A DNA stretch of 32,000 bases from Opitutia bacterium KCR 482 (GTDB lineage: Bacteria > Verrucomicrobiota > Verrucomicrobiia > Opitutales > Intestinicryptomonadaceae). Position 1 is the first letter of the stretch. The number at the start of each line of letters is the position of its first letter. The stretch lies in assembly GCA_029269845.2 (NCBI GenBank), contig CP149973.1, positions 1,980,001 to 2,012,000 of the forward strand, read 5' to 3'. The notes under the pieces were generated by a model. The model saw only the letters and a program-made list of their open reading frames with translations. It did not search any database and was not told the origin of the DNA. The position numbers and the translations under genes were made by a program. Of this stretch, positions 7,746 through 16,973 are shown piece after piece.

Positions 7746-9157
7746 CGCTGCGGAGGAAAATTGCCAATATGTTCTACGGAATCGGGCACGCGTTCGAGTC
7801 GGCAAAAGTTTCGCTTTCGCGCGGCAACCCAAATACGCTAAACCCTACGGACGCGAGCGCGGAATTGCCCTCATACACAAGAAGCGAACTCGTCCGCAAA
7901 GCCCGATACCTCGAAAAGAATTCGGGACACATTCGCGGAATTCTGCGCGATTTGAAAGTCTACGGAATAGGCAAGGGAATTTATCCTAACGCGAAATCCG
8001 ACAACCACGCTTGGAATAAACAGGCGGAGGACTTCTTCTTCAAATGGAGCAGACATTGCGATATCACAAACCGCTTTTCTTGGCGCGAATGCCAGTCGAT
8101 GATTCTGCGTTCGCTCATCGTCGACGGCGAAATCTTCGTAATAAAAACGTTCGACAGCTTCGGCATTCCCAAAATCCAGCTAATCGAAAGCCACCGCCTG
8201 ATGTCGCCAAGCTTTTCTGATAACGGGCGCATTGTTGACGGAATGGAGTTCGACAAATTCGGGCGGGTTAAAAATTACTACTTCGTTGTAGACGATAATT
8301 CGCAAACTACAAAAGTTCCCGCAAACGCGGTTTTGCATATTTTCGACCCAGAACGCGTTTCGCAGATTAGAGCTTACCCGCAAATCCAACACTCGATTAA
8401 CGACGTAATCGACCGAAAGGAAATTCTCGCGCTCGAAAAAAAGAAGGTGAAGGCGATTTCCGACATCGTCCATATCCTGAAAGGCGGTCAGGGAATGACG
8501 CTCGACGGCGACTATAAAGTTGACGTCGGCAACCGCCCCGAAGGAACGTCTACGGCAACGCTAAACCGAATCTTGGGCGGAAAAAATATCCGAATCGACC
8601 CCGACGAAAGCATAGACGTTCACGAAAGCAATATTCCCTCTCCCACGTTTTCGGGTTTTTTGACGGAGCTTGACAGAAGCGGCTCGCTCGGCGTTCTCCC
8701 ATATGAATTCGTCATAGACCCCTCGAAAATCGGCGGGGCTTCGGTGCGGCTTATCGCCTCAAAAACACAACGATACATCGACGACATCGCGCAAATCATA
8801 GACGAACGCTTCAACGACGCCGTATGGTTCTTTGTAATCGGCTGGGCAATCGACAGCGGAACTTTGCCCGCTCAAAATTGGTGGTGGTATTGCTCTTGGA
8901 CTCACCCGCGCAAACTCACCGTCGACGCGGGGCGCGAGGAACAGCAAAACCGCGCGAACGTCGAAACGGGCTTGAAAACGCTCGAAGAAAGCTTCGCCGA
9001 ATGCGGGCAGGACTTCGAGGGCGAAATGCGCACGCGCGCCGACAACGCCCGTTTCATTATGCGTTTGGCGGGAATCCCCGACAGCGAGCCGATTCCGCTT
9101 TATATGCTCTACAAGGTAAACGGCACACAGGTAATCGAAAAATCCGATGGCAAATAA
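7742..9157 (+). CDS. portal protein (lambda gpB-like)
   Basis: 471 aa, positioned between gpW-like and S49 protease genes, in the terminase-W-portal-protease synteny of lambda-like heads. Confidence 0.8.
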   Translation: MTLRRKIANMFYGIGHAFESAKVSLSRGNPNTLNPTDASAELPSYTRSELVRKARYLEKNSGHIRGILRDLKVYGIGKGIYPNAKSDNHAWNKQAEDFFFKWSRHCDITNRFSWRECQSMILRSLIVDGEIFVIKTFDSFGIPKIQLIESHRLMSPSFSDNGRIVDGMEFDKFGRVKNYYFVVDDNSQTTKVPANAVLHIFDPERVSQIRAYPQIQHSINDVIDRKEILALEKKKVKAISDIVHILKGGQGMTLDGDYKVDVGNRPEGTSTATLNRILGGKNIRIDPDESIDVHESNIPSPTFSGFLTELDRSGSLGVLPYEFVIDPSKIGGASVRLIASKTQRYIDDIAQIIDERFNDAVWFFVIGWAIDSGTLPAQNWWWYCSWTHPRKLTVDAGREEQQNRANVETGLKTLEESFAECGQDFEGEMRTRADNARFIMRLAGIPDSEPIPLYMLYKVNGTQVIEKSDGK

Positions 9158-9971
9158 CATCTTTCTAAACGGCATTTGCAGACCGTGGAATATCCACGCG
9201 GGAACGTTCCTTGCGCTTTCGCTTAGAACGCTTGCTGAGGCTTCGGGCGGAAATTCCCTCGAAACTTGGCGGGAGAAATTCTCGCAATTCGTTCCGCAAC
9301 GAAGCCCGCTTTCAATAGACGAAAACAGCATAGCGCATATTTCAATTCACGGAACGCTTTTTAACAAGGAAGCCCCGTATTTTGTGGCAGGCTATGGCGG
9401 AACCGACTACGCGGAAATTCTGCGCGACATTGAAACCGCTTCCGAAAAAGCTAAGGCGATTTTCCTGAAAATAGATTCGGGCGGCGGACACGCCTGCGGG
9501 AACGACAAAGTGGCAAAAGCCGTTTCGCAATGTCCAAAGCCCGTATTCGCCTACACCGACGAAATGTGTTGTTCTGCGGCATACGCGATAGCTTCGGGAG
9601 CTTCATACATCTGCGCGTCGGCGGATTCAACCGTTGGCAGTATCGGAACAATTCTTCCGTTAATGGACGTTTCGGGACTTTGGCAGTCGCTCGGGATAAA
9701 GCCCGACTACATTACAAACCGCGAGGGAACGCTCAAAACGGCGGGCTATCCGCCGAGCCAGAACGAAGCCGAACGCGCAGCTTTGCAAGCCGAAACGCAG
9801 GAGTATTTCGAGCTATTTAAATCACACGTTTTGGCAAACAAGCAAATTGCAAACGACGATATGCGCGGACAGGCGTTTGTAGGTATTGATGCGTTAAAGC
9901 GCGGGCTTGTCGACGAAATCTGCGACGAAAAGACCGCCTACAACAAACTCAAAATTTTGACAACCTGCTAA
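9147..9971 (+). CDS. S49 (SppA/ClpP-fold) head maturation protease
   Basis: FLKIDSGGGHACG, PVFAYTDEMCCSAAYAIASGA and STVGSIGTI match S49 peptidase blocks (IDSPGG, ASggY, GSIG). Confidence 0.85.
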   Translation: MANNIFLNGICRPWNIHAGTFLALSLRTLAEASGGNSLETWREKFSQFVPQRSPLSIDENSIAHISIHGTLFNKEAPYFVAGYGGTDYAEILRDIETASEKAKAIFLKIDSGGGHACGNDKVAKAVSQCPKPVFAYTDEMCCSAAYAIASGASYICASADSTVGSIGTILPLMDVSGLWQSLGIKPDYITNREGTLKTAGYPPSQNEAERAALQAETQEYFELFKSHVLANKQIANDDMRGQAFVGIDALKRGLVDEICDEKTAYNKLKILTTC

Positions 9972-9976
9972 GAAGT

Positions 9977-10381
9977 ATGGACGAATCTAAACAAAAAACA
10001 CTTGCCGATGCCATCGCGAAAATCGAGACGCTTTCGGCGGAAAATACGAATCTTGCTTCGGATTTGGAAGTGGCAAAGGCGCACATCTGCGAACTCGAAA
10101 ACGAATTGTCTGCCGAAAAGTCAGCGCACAATTCAACAAACGAAAAGCTCGCCGCGCTCGAAGCAAAGCACCGAGACATCGACAAAGAGGTTTCGGCAAA
10201 AGTCGCAAAAGTTGCGGCGCAAAGCGGAGTTTCACCGATTGCGGACGTTTCCAACAGTATCAACAATGAAAGCCTTGAAGAGCTTGCAAAGCGCATTGAC
10301 GCCGCCCACGGAATCGAAAAGGCAAAACTCATCGAGGAAAACTACGAACGCATTATGTCGGCAATGAAAGGAGCGTGCTAA
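9977..10381 (+). CDS. scaffolding-like coiled-coil protein
   Basis: 134 aa, Ala/Glu/Lys-rich heptad-like sequence, positioned between protease and capsid genes. Confidence 0.6.
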   Translation: MDESKQKTLADAIAKIETLSAENTNLASDLEVAKAHICELENELSAEKSAHNSTNEKLAALEAKHRDIDKEVSAKVAKVAAQSGVSPIADVSNSINNESLEELAKRIDAAHGIEKAKLIEENYERIMSAMKGAC

Positions 10382-11275
10382 GTGAACACAATTCCCGCAG
10401 CATTAAGGCGTTCGCTGATTTTGAAGTCGGCGATGGAGGAATTTAAGCACAAGCTCATTCCGCTTGGCTTGTTTTCAACGGTTCTTCGCAACGTTCCGCT
10501 CGAAGGCAACAATGAAATTGACATTCCGTATATCCCGCTTGCCACGAGCGCGAGCAAGGATTTTGACGTAACGTATAAGTTCGACAAGGGCGATATGGAG
10601 TCCCGCAAAATCACGGTAGATAGGCGCAAATACCAGTCGCTTACATACACGTCGGAGGAAAAGGCGCGCCAGCCGTATTTCGACCCGATTACGTTGGGTC
10701 GCCTCAAAGGTGCGAAGCTTGCCGAAGACGTATTGCTCGACATCTTGTCGGTAATCACCAAGGCGAATTTCGGCGAGGCGATTCTCACAAGAAACGCGAC
10801 CGACTTCGACACCGATGACATCATAGACCTCGAAACGAAGATTGACGAGCTTGAATGGCCAGACTCTCCGCGCGGAATGCTTTTGAAGTCGTCGTATATG
10901 GCGAACGTAAAAAAGGACATCAAAACATCTGGCGGGCTTGCAAACTTCGGGTTTTCGGCGTTGGGCGAACTGCCGAACCTTTTGGGATTTAGCTTTTCCA
11001 AGTTCAACAGGCTTCCGCACAACAACGAAAAGTTGCAGGGCTTTGTTGTGTATCCTTCGGCGATAATGGTTGCCCTTGCGCCGATTCAGCCTACGGCAAA
11101 CGTTATGAAGCAGCTTTCGACATACACGACCTACACCGACCCGCAGACTGGGCTTACGCTTGAATACCGCGCTTGGGGCGACGCAGATACGGACGCTTCA
11201 AAGGAAATTATCGAGTGCAATTACGGCTTCGGCGTTGGCGAAAGCAAGGCATTAAAGCGCATAGTTTCGGAATAA
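10382..11275 (+). CDS. putative major capsid protein
   Basis: 297 aa directly after the scaffold. GTG start preceded by AAAGGAG about 10 nt upstream. Called from position and size only. Confidence 0.55.
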   Translation: MNTIPAALRRSLILKSAMEEFKHKLIPLGLFSTVLRNVPLEGNNEIDIPYIPLATSASKDFDVTYKFDKGDMESRKITVDRRKYQSLTYTSEEKARQPYFDPITLGRLKGAKLAEDVLLDILSVITKANFGEAILTRNATDFDTDDIIDLETKIDELEWPDSPRGMLLKSSYMANVKKDIKTSGGLANFGFSALGELPNLLGFSFSKFNRLPHNNEKLQGFVVYPSAIMVALAPIQPTANVMKQLSTYTTYTDPQTGLTLEYRAWGDADTDASKEIIECNYGFGVGESKALKRIVSE

Positions 11276-11493
11276 TGAACTCGTTTATAACAGTGGCATA
11301 CAAGGCAAACGGAGCATCGGAAATTTTGGCAACGCCCGATATTCCCTATGCCAAGCAGCGCGAAATCTTCAAAACCCTGAAAGGCGGCTACACCGAAGTT
11401 GAAGTTTGGAGCCGTTCAATGGGCAAGATTAAACAGCGCAAAGTTTCAAAAGAATCAAAAGTTCCCAAAACTTCAAAAACATCAAAGGAGTAA
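11275..11493 (+). CDS. hypothetical small head-module protein
   Basis: The ATG at 11275 overlaps the capsid TAA by 1 nt and is in frame with track ORF 11173..11493. Lys/Ser-rich C-terminal tail. Confidence 0.45.
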   Translation: MNSFITVAYKANGASEILATPDIPYAKQREIFKTLKGGYTEVEVWSRSMGKIKQRKVSKESKVPKTSKTSKE

Positions 11494-11496
11494 AAA

Positions 11497-11745
11497 ATGA
11501 GAGAAAACGACATTTTAAGAATCAGACCCGAACACACCCACGCGGGCGGCTTGCAAATTTGCGACGACGGCGCGGACGGAACGGTTCAAAAACTGGGCTT
11601 TTTCGGTGCGACACCTACCGTTCAGCGCAAAAACGCCGCGCAGGCAAAACTTGCCGAAAACGCGACAACTGCGCAGATTGTAACCCTCGTAAACGAACTG
11701 CGAGAAGCCCTTGTAGAAAAAGGCCTGATAAAAGGTTCGGCGTAG
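11497..11745 (+). CDS. hypothetical small head-module protein
   Basis: 82-aa ORF, 3 nt after the previous stop, with composition matching the core genes. Confidence 0.45.
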   Translation: MRENDILRIRPEHTHAGGLQICDDGADGTVQKLGFFGATPTVQRKNAAQAKLAENATTAQIVTLVNELREALVEKGLIKGSA

Positions 11746-11843
11746 TAGATTTATTGTTTCTGTATTCATATAACTACAGGCTTCTGGAGAACAGGAGACT
11801 CCTTTTTGCTTGAAAAATATGTTAATCTATTTATGACAAAAGT

Positions 11844-13109
11844 ATGTCGATTAATAAAGATGAATTTAAAGAATTTGTTAAAGATTTAATATTCCCACTT
11901 TTTACGGGGTTATCTATATTAGAAGAAGATCTTCCTATTCCTAAAAACAACAGAGATAAATTAGTCACAACTTGTAAAGATAAAGGCGATACAATCTTAC
12001 GTTTAATGCCAGAAAAGGATGCCAAATTCGTAGTATCAATCCAACGTTCTCAAAAATTCAATAAGTCTGAAATAGAACTGATACGTCGTTTATTGAAACA
12101 TACAAACGAATACGGCTTGTATCAAGTTGATTACAAAAAAGAACTTGTTGATTTTATACATAATAAATCTGTCGCAGAAACGCTTTCAACTACAGCAGAT
12201 AAATCTATCCTGGAAATAATAAATATTTTCATGTCTCTTTCGCAAGAAACATACGAGGGACATCATATTTCATATGCAGTTGCTATTTCTGAAGAGGAAG
12301 TTGGAAATAGTGAAATTTATTTTAAGGACATTATAAAAGAAGATTTCGGGAAAACGCTTACAAATTCAATTGATTCTTTATTGTGCTTGGATAAAAATTG
12401 TATGCTACTGTCACATATGCAAATAGAGAGTATTGAGCAAAACTCTGAATTCAAACAATGTTATTATCCTTTGAGATTTGAGAAATTGGCAAATAGATCT
12501 TTAACGAAAAAATTACTAGTTATTGTTTTGACTAGAGATGGAGAAATTTTAATATTTAAAGAAGGTAATTTGATTTTTTCAAGAAGAAGAGGGATATGGA
12601 CTTATTATCTACACGACATTCTAATTAAACAGATGGGTATAATTCGTAATCAAGAAGTAAAAAAATCTATATATTCAACAATTCTAGATGCTTCTTTTTC
12701 AAAGGGCGGAGCCTGTATTGCCGTAGTAAATAGTGAAACATATTTACAAGATTTATATGACAAGAAAAATTTCATTGGAAACAATGAAGATTCGCCATTA
12801 AAGTCGAAATGTTGCTATTGCTTAATATTAAACAGTGAAAAAACATTGAAATTCAATCAATTGCCTAGAATCTTACGCTTAGAATTTTCCTCAATGGACG
12901 GTGCAGTCCTTTTAAAAACAAACGGTGATATTATCGCTATTGGTGCGATTATAAATATTAAAGATGGAGAAATTTCAGAAGGAGGTAGAACGGCTGCCGC
13001 AAGAAAGCTAGCCGAGAAAGGAATTGCAGTAAAGGTGTCTAATGATGGATATATTAGAGCGTTCAAAAAAAAGGATAAGAGATCAAAAGAATCATTCAGA
13101 ATAGCATAA
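11844..13109 (+). CDS. accessory protein with diadenylate-cyclase-like (DisA_N/DAC-fold) C-terminal domain
   Basis: AT-rich 421-aa ORF. Its C-terminal third is collinear with recollected CdaA/DisA blocks. SKGGACIAVVNSETYLQDLY matches REGALIVFEKETGLQDYI. MDGAVLLKTNGDIIAIGA contains the DGA motif at nt 12897-12905. EGGRTAAARKLAE sits in place of LGTRHRAAVGISE (nt 12981-13001). IAVKVSNDGYIRAF matches VIVSEETGDISV. Confidence 0.6.
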   Translation: MSINKDEFKEFVKDLIFPLFTGLSILEEDLPIPKNNRDKLVTTCKDKGDTILRLMPEKDAKFVVSIQRSQKFNKSEIELIRRLLKHTNEYGLYQVDYKKELVDFIHNKSVAETLSTTADKSILEIINIFMSLSQETYEGHHISYAVAISEEEVGNSEIYFKDIIKEDFGKTLTNSIDSLLCLDKNCMLLSHMQIESIEQNSEFKQCYYPLRFEKLANRSLTKKLLVIVLTRDGEILIFKEGNLIFSRRRGIWTYYLHDILIKQMGIIRNQEVKKSIYSTILDASFSKGGACIAVVNSETYLQDLYDKKNFIGNNEDSPLKSKCCYCLILNSEKTLKFNQLPRILRLEFSSMDGAVLLKTNGDIIAIGAIINIKDGEISEGGRTAAARKLAEKGIAVKVSNDGYIRAFKKKDKRSKESFRIA

Positions 13110-13115
13110 TCTGAT

Positions 13116-13139
13116 TTTGACAAAGCCCATATTCGTATG
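13116..13139 (+). promoter_or_regulatory. module-start element copy 4 (TTTGACA-N14-ATG)
   Basis: tttgacaaagcccatattcgtATG. The ATG at 13137 is the ORF start. The spacer and ATG form the terminator hairpin. Confidence 0.45.
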
Positions 13140-13148
13140 GGCTTTTTT
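13122..13148 (+). terminator. intrinsic terminator of the DAC-like gene
   Basis: aaagcccata-ttcg-tatgggcttt is a perfect 10-bp stem with a TTCG loop, running into a T6 tract, 13 nt after the stop at 13109. Confidence 0.75.
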
Positions 13149-13448
13149 CGTGAAATTAAATCGGCGTTGGTGGAAATCTTTTCCTCTTTTTCGCAGCCTG
13201 TCATTTGGCGCGGGCGCGTTATGAATGCGATAATAGCCGAGGGGCAAGAGGCGGTCGAATTGGAGACTGGCGGGTTTGTTCCCGATTCCACTTTTTATAT
13301 GAAATTTTTGGAGTCGGAACTTGACGGCGAATATCCCCACATCGGCGAAGTTGTCGAATATAATGGAAGACAATTCCGCATACATTGGGTGTCGGTTCGC
13401 GTAAAGCGCGGGCAAGTCGAAATAACCCTAAAACCAATCGACAAATGA
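13137..13448 (+). CDS. putative head-tail joining / head-closure protein
   Basis: 103 aa. The C-terminal GEVVEYNGRQFRIHWVSV...VEITL resembles the Phage_H_T_join pattern (G..Y.I..V....r..l.l). First gene after the head module. Confidence 0.45.
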   Translation: MGFFREIKSALVEIFSSFSQPVIWRGRVMNAIIAEGQEAVELETGGFVPDSTFYMKFLESELDGEYPHIGEVVEYNGRQFRIHWVSVRVKRGQVEITLKPIDK

Positions 13449-14185
13449 GCGTGAATTTTGAAATCATCGCAAAAGACTTTGAAGACGCCCTCGCAAAATA
13501 CAAAGTAGCCTGCCGCAAGGATTGGCAATTTGTGGTTCGGCAACAGTCGCGTATTGTCGGCGAAAGGCTTGTGAAATTTACTCCGCCTAAAACTGCGGCA
13601 ATAGGCAAGCGCAATGTCGCGCGGGACATTGGCAAGGTGTTTGCAGACCTAAGCAATACAAAATGGCACGACAAGTCTTTGGATAAAATGTGGCGCGCGG
13701 GAAACTTCGAGGGCGTAAAAAAGGCTCTCGAAAACAACCCTAATAAGCTTCAAATGCCCGTCTTTAAATACAAGCGGATTCTCGCAAAGCCAGTCCGCAA
13801 TATCCACAAAGCGGCAATCAGTAGAAGCGGAAGAGTCCCGAAGAATTGGCATACTACCTACGCAGTAGCAGCCAAAGGCGAACTTAAAAAATACGTCAAA
13901 AGGGTTCAGCTACAAGTTGGCGTTGCAAAATCTGGCTGGCTTGCGGCTCTTGTAAAATTGGGCGGCAAAACCCCAAGTTTTGTTTCGCGCCACGGCACAA
14001 AATACGGCGGATTTATCGACGGCAATAAGGGAGACAATCCATTTTTTACCCTAATCAACAAGGTTTCTACATTCCCGCAGGGAGGCACGCCCGCAAGAAT
14101 TTTGCGCCGCGCGTTCATCGCCCAAATAAAGGCTATGGAAAATAATATCAAACGCCTGATGGACAAATCAGGAAGGATTTTCTAA
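13445..14185 (+). CDS. hypothetical virion (neck/connector) protein
   Basis: ATGA overlap with the upstream gene, in frame with track ORF 13385..14185. Called from position only. Confidence 0.45.
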   Translation: MSVNFEIIAKDFEDALAKYKVACRKDWQFVVRQQSRIVGERLVKFTPPKTAAIGKRNVARDIGKVFADLSNTKWHDKSLDKMWRAGNFEGVKKALENNPNKLQMPVFKYKRILAKPVRNIHKAAISRSGRVPKNWHTTYAVAAKGELKKYVKRVQLQVGVAKSGWLAALVKLGGKTPSFVSRHGTKYGGFIDGNKGDNPFFTLINKVSTFPQGGTPARILRRAFIAQIKAMENNIKRLMDKSGRIF

Positions 14186-14583
14186 TGCGCGAAAAACTCG
14201 AAAATATACTTTTTACAAAGCTGAAAGCTTCGATTCCTGCGGAATTTAAAACAATGCTTGTTTGTGGACATTCCACGAACGACAGACACATTCCGTATAT
14301 CAGCCTCGATGTCGGCGAACTTCGCCCGTTCGGCGATTTGCAATCCTCCGACGGAATGTTTGAAGCCGATGTAAACATTGCCATAGCAGATTCCGCTCAC
14401 GACATCGAATATCCCGAACTCTTTAAACGCATTCGCTCCGTAATGGTGGCTTTCGAGAATTTTTCCTACACGGAAGACAATATCCTAATAAACGCCTTAT
14501 ATTACGAAAACGAAACGGACGCCAGAGACGACAACAACCTCGGCTGTGTAATGACATTCAAAGCCGTAGTTCAGTTTTTGTAA
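14185..14583 (+). CDS. putative tail completion/terminator-like protein
   Basis: 132 aa, with a TAATG overlap with the upstream gene. Size and position resemble DUF3168/gpU-like proteins. Weak call. Confidence 0.35.
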   Translation: MREKLENILFTKLKASIPAEFKTMLVCGHSTNDRHIPYISLDVGELRPFGDLQSSDGMFEADVNIAIADSAHDIEYPELFKRIRSVMVAFENFSYTEDNILINALYYENETDARDDNNLGCVMTFKAVVQFL

Positions 14584-14592
14584 CAGAAAAAT

Positions 14593-14616
14593 TTTGACAC
14601 CGTTCCCTTTTGTATG
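14593..14616 (+). promoter_or_regulatory. module-start element copy 5 (TTTGACA-N14-ATG)
   Basis: tttgacaccgttcccttttgtATG. The ATG at 14614 is the ORF start. tttgtatg-N7-catacaaa (14609-14631) can pair across the AUG. Confidence 0.5.
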
Positions 14617-14976
14617 AGCAATCCATACAAACTAAGAGGGACAAAACAGCCTGTTTCTTTCGGCGTTGAAAAGCTTGACGGCTACATTGTCGACGCCACC
14701 GAAGAGACTATCGAGGGCGAAGAGCTTGAAGTTGAAGACGAAAACAACAACGTAGTTGCGCATTTTTCGGGCTTCGGGATTCGATACAAACGCACTGCAA
14801 GCGTGATTCCGCTTGTAGGCGCAACCGCGCCTCTTCCTGGAGATTCGTTTAAAATCGGCGACAGCTTCGAATTCATCGTAAAGTCTGTCAAGAAATCCCG
14901 CGCCCGCAAGGACGTTGAAAAATGGGATTTGGAGGGCACATACTACCCCGAAGTCCCTATGGAGGGAATCGGGTAA
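14614..14976 (+). CDS. putative major tail protein
   Basis: 120 aa, two genes upstream of the tape measure. Positional inference only. Confidence 0.3.
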   Translation: MSNPYKLRGTKQPVSFGVEKLDGYIVDATEETIEGEELEVEDENNNVVAHFSGFGIRYKRTASVIPLVGATAPLPGDSFKIGDSFEFIVKSVKKSRARKDVEKWDLEGTYYPEVPMEGIG

Positions 14977-15506
14977 TGGAAGACTTCTACGAAGCCTTTA
15001 TAAATTGCTCGCACACGGCTTTGGGCAAACGCCTGAAGCCTTTTTGCTTGAAGCATTGCCTGTATTTGGAGGCTGTAAATTCGCCGATAATGCGCATTGT
15101 AAACGGCGAGGAAGCGGAAATTTCCCGCCAAGATTTGGAGGTAGCCGTTATTATTTGCTCGGCGGACGATATTCTAAAAAGCCTGAAATACCCGCATTTT
15201 GGAATGAAATTCCATTCATACAGACGCGGATTAACGGCGTTTCTTTCGTATCTGACAGACTTTGTAGCCGTTCCCGAACTCTGGGATAAAAGCGATTCGG
15301 AAACAACGCTCAACGCGCCTTGGATACTCTCGCGGGCGATGTTGCTTCTTTCAAAAACATCGCTAAGGCTTGACGAGGTTTGGAATATGCCGCTTGGAGA
15401 GCTACTCTGGTATTGCGCCGTGTTTGCCGAGCAGGAAGGAGTCGCGCAAATCCAGTCTGACGAAGAAAGGCGGATAATCGAGGAGGTGCAAAATGGCAAC
15501 AAGTAG
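14976..15506 (+). CDS. putative tail assembly chaperone
   Basis: The ATG at 14976 overlaps the upstream TAA. Lies immediately upstream of the tape measure gene and overlaps it by 14 nt. No slippery heptamer found. Confidence 0.35.
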   Translation: MEDFYEAFINCSHTALGKRLKPFCLKHCLYLEAVNSPIMRIVNGEEAEISRQDLEVAVIICSADDILKSLKYPHFGMKFHSYRRGLTAFLSYLTDFVAVPELWDKSDSETTLNAPWILSRAMLLLSKTSLRLDEVWNMPLGELLWYCAVFAEQEGVAQIQSDEERRIIEEVQNGNK

Positions 15507-16971
15507 CATTCTTGCAAAAATCGGGCTAAATTCGGCTGGATTTAAAACGGGGTTGGCGCAATGCCGAATGGCGGCGGGGAATTTCAAAAAGTCCGTCGGC
15601 GGTATGTTTTCGGGAATCGGTTCGCAGATTCTCGGAGCGTTGGGAGTGTCGGCTGGCATTGTTGGGATTTCCGCGCTCACGCAAAAAACAATCGAATTCG
15701 GCGGGCACATTGAGGATATGGCAAACCAGCTGCGAATGGGCAAAAGCGAATTTCAATCGCTTGCCTACGCCGCAAAGCTTGCGGGGGTTGAAGAATCGAA
15801 GCTTGTCCAGACTCTGCAAACCCTCAATCAGCGCACGATTGACGCCTGCGACGGCAACGATACCTACCGCGACGCCCTAAACCGCCTCGGCATAGACTTG
15901 AAGAATTTCGCCGACCAGTCTCCCGAAAAGCGTTTTGAAATGCTCGGCGTTGCCTTTAAGAATTCGGACGAATCGCTCACCGCGCTGAACGACATTTCGA
16001 CGATATTGGGGCAAAAGACAGCTCCGCAACTTTTGGAGGTTTTGGACAAGGTGGCGACGCAGGGAATGGAAAACATAACCCAGTCGGCAATCGAAGCGGG
16101 CAACGTTATGGACGAGGAAACGCTTGCCGCTCTTGCCCGCGCGGGAGACGAAATCGACAAATGGCAAAACCGAATCATAGTCGGATTCGGAGGGTTTCTC
16201 GCAGATATGGCCTCCGCAATCGGACGGCAAAAGTGGGGGCTTATGATTGGTATGAAGTTCGCCCAAGCGGGCGAATTTATCGAGGAGGCGTTGCGGGATA
16301 TTTCAAACTACATACTCGCGGTGTTTTCGAGCGTGTTTAGATACATAAACGGCGCGTTTTCGGGCTTTGTTGTTCCCATTCGCAACGCATTTGTGGGGTT
16401 TATCGAAACCGTCGGAAACGCGTTGGGGAAGTTCGTCGGAATGTTTTCCGACAGTTGGCAAAATGCGATAAACAATGCGCTTGACGGCTTACGCGAACTA
16501 AAAGACGAGGCAAACCTACTTTCCGCGAAAGACAAAAACAAAAGTTTCGGGCAGATTTTTGCAGAGGAAGTTTCCGACGCGTCGAATAGGAACAATTCGC
16601 GCAATCGCCAGAATTTGCTTACTTCAAAATCGGTTGATTGGTATAAGAAACAGCTAAAAAACGTCGAACAAGCCCGCGATGTCGAAAAGCAGTTGGCGGT
16701 TTCGGCGGAAAATGTGCGCAAGGCAAAATATCGAAAAGCCGACGAGTCGCCCGAAATCAAAAAGTCGGCAAAAGAGCGGAAGCTTGAAAAGTCGCTATCA
16801 AACCACAACGATTCGTCGCTTGCAAAAATCGGCGGAGGCGGACTTCTTGCCGCCCGCTACGACATCACCGCAAAACAGCTCTCGGAATCCAAACGCCAGT
16901 CGAAACTGCTCCAAAAGATAGCCGACAACACCGAACGCCAGTCGGTAAAATCGGAGTTGTTGATGAAGTGA
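15493..16971 (+). CDS. tail tape measure protein
   Basis: 492 aa. Gly/Ala-rich hydrophobic N-terminal segment (GIGSQILGALGVSAGIVGISAL), a long helical Ala/Leu/Gln-rich body, and the canonical position. Confidence 0.7.
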   Translation: MATSSILAKIGLNSAGFKTGLAQCRMAAGNFKKSVGGMFSGIGSQILGALGVSAGIVGISALTQKTIEFGGHIEDMANQLRMGKSEFQSLAYAAKLAGVEESKLVQTLQTLNQRTIDACDGNDTYRDALNRLGIDLKNFADQSPEKRFEMLGVAFKNSDESLTALNDISTILGQKTAPQLLEVLDKVATQGMENITQSAIEAGNVMDEETLAALARAGDEIDKWQNRIIVGFGGFLADMASAIGRQKWGLMIGMKFAQAGEFIEEALRDISNYILAVFSSVFRYINGAFSGFVVPIRNAFVGFIETVGNALGKFVGMFSDSWQNAINNALDGLRELKDEANLLSAKDKNKSFGQIFAEEVSDASNRNNSRNRQNLLTSKSVDWYKKQLKNVEQARDVEKQLAVSAENVRKAKYRKADESPEIKKSAKERKLEKSLSNHNDSSLAKIGGGGLLAARYDITAKQLSESKRQSKLLQKIADNTERQSVKSELLMK

Positions 16972-16973
16972 TT

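Noticed and set aside
9949-11025. Long minus-strand ORFs (9949..10332, 10378..11025, 10475..11020) antisense to the scaffold and capsid genes
   Set aside because: They lie fully inside well-supported + strand genes. Their products are low-complexity (Ser/Ala/Arg-rich) and they lack start contexts. They are typical shadow ORFs.
11786-11807. Possible terminator after the head module (ggag...ctcc followed by ttttt)
   Set aside because: Only a 4-bp stem can form. That is too weak to support as an intrinsic terminator.
14976-15506. Expected -1 programmed frameshift (G/GT-type) in the tail chaperone upstream of the tape measure
   Set aside because: No X_XXY_YYZ heptamer is present in the zero frame (cta aaa agc at 15174 does not fit). 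The only overlapping alternative-frame ORF (14915..15289) is Arg-rich nonsense.
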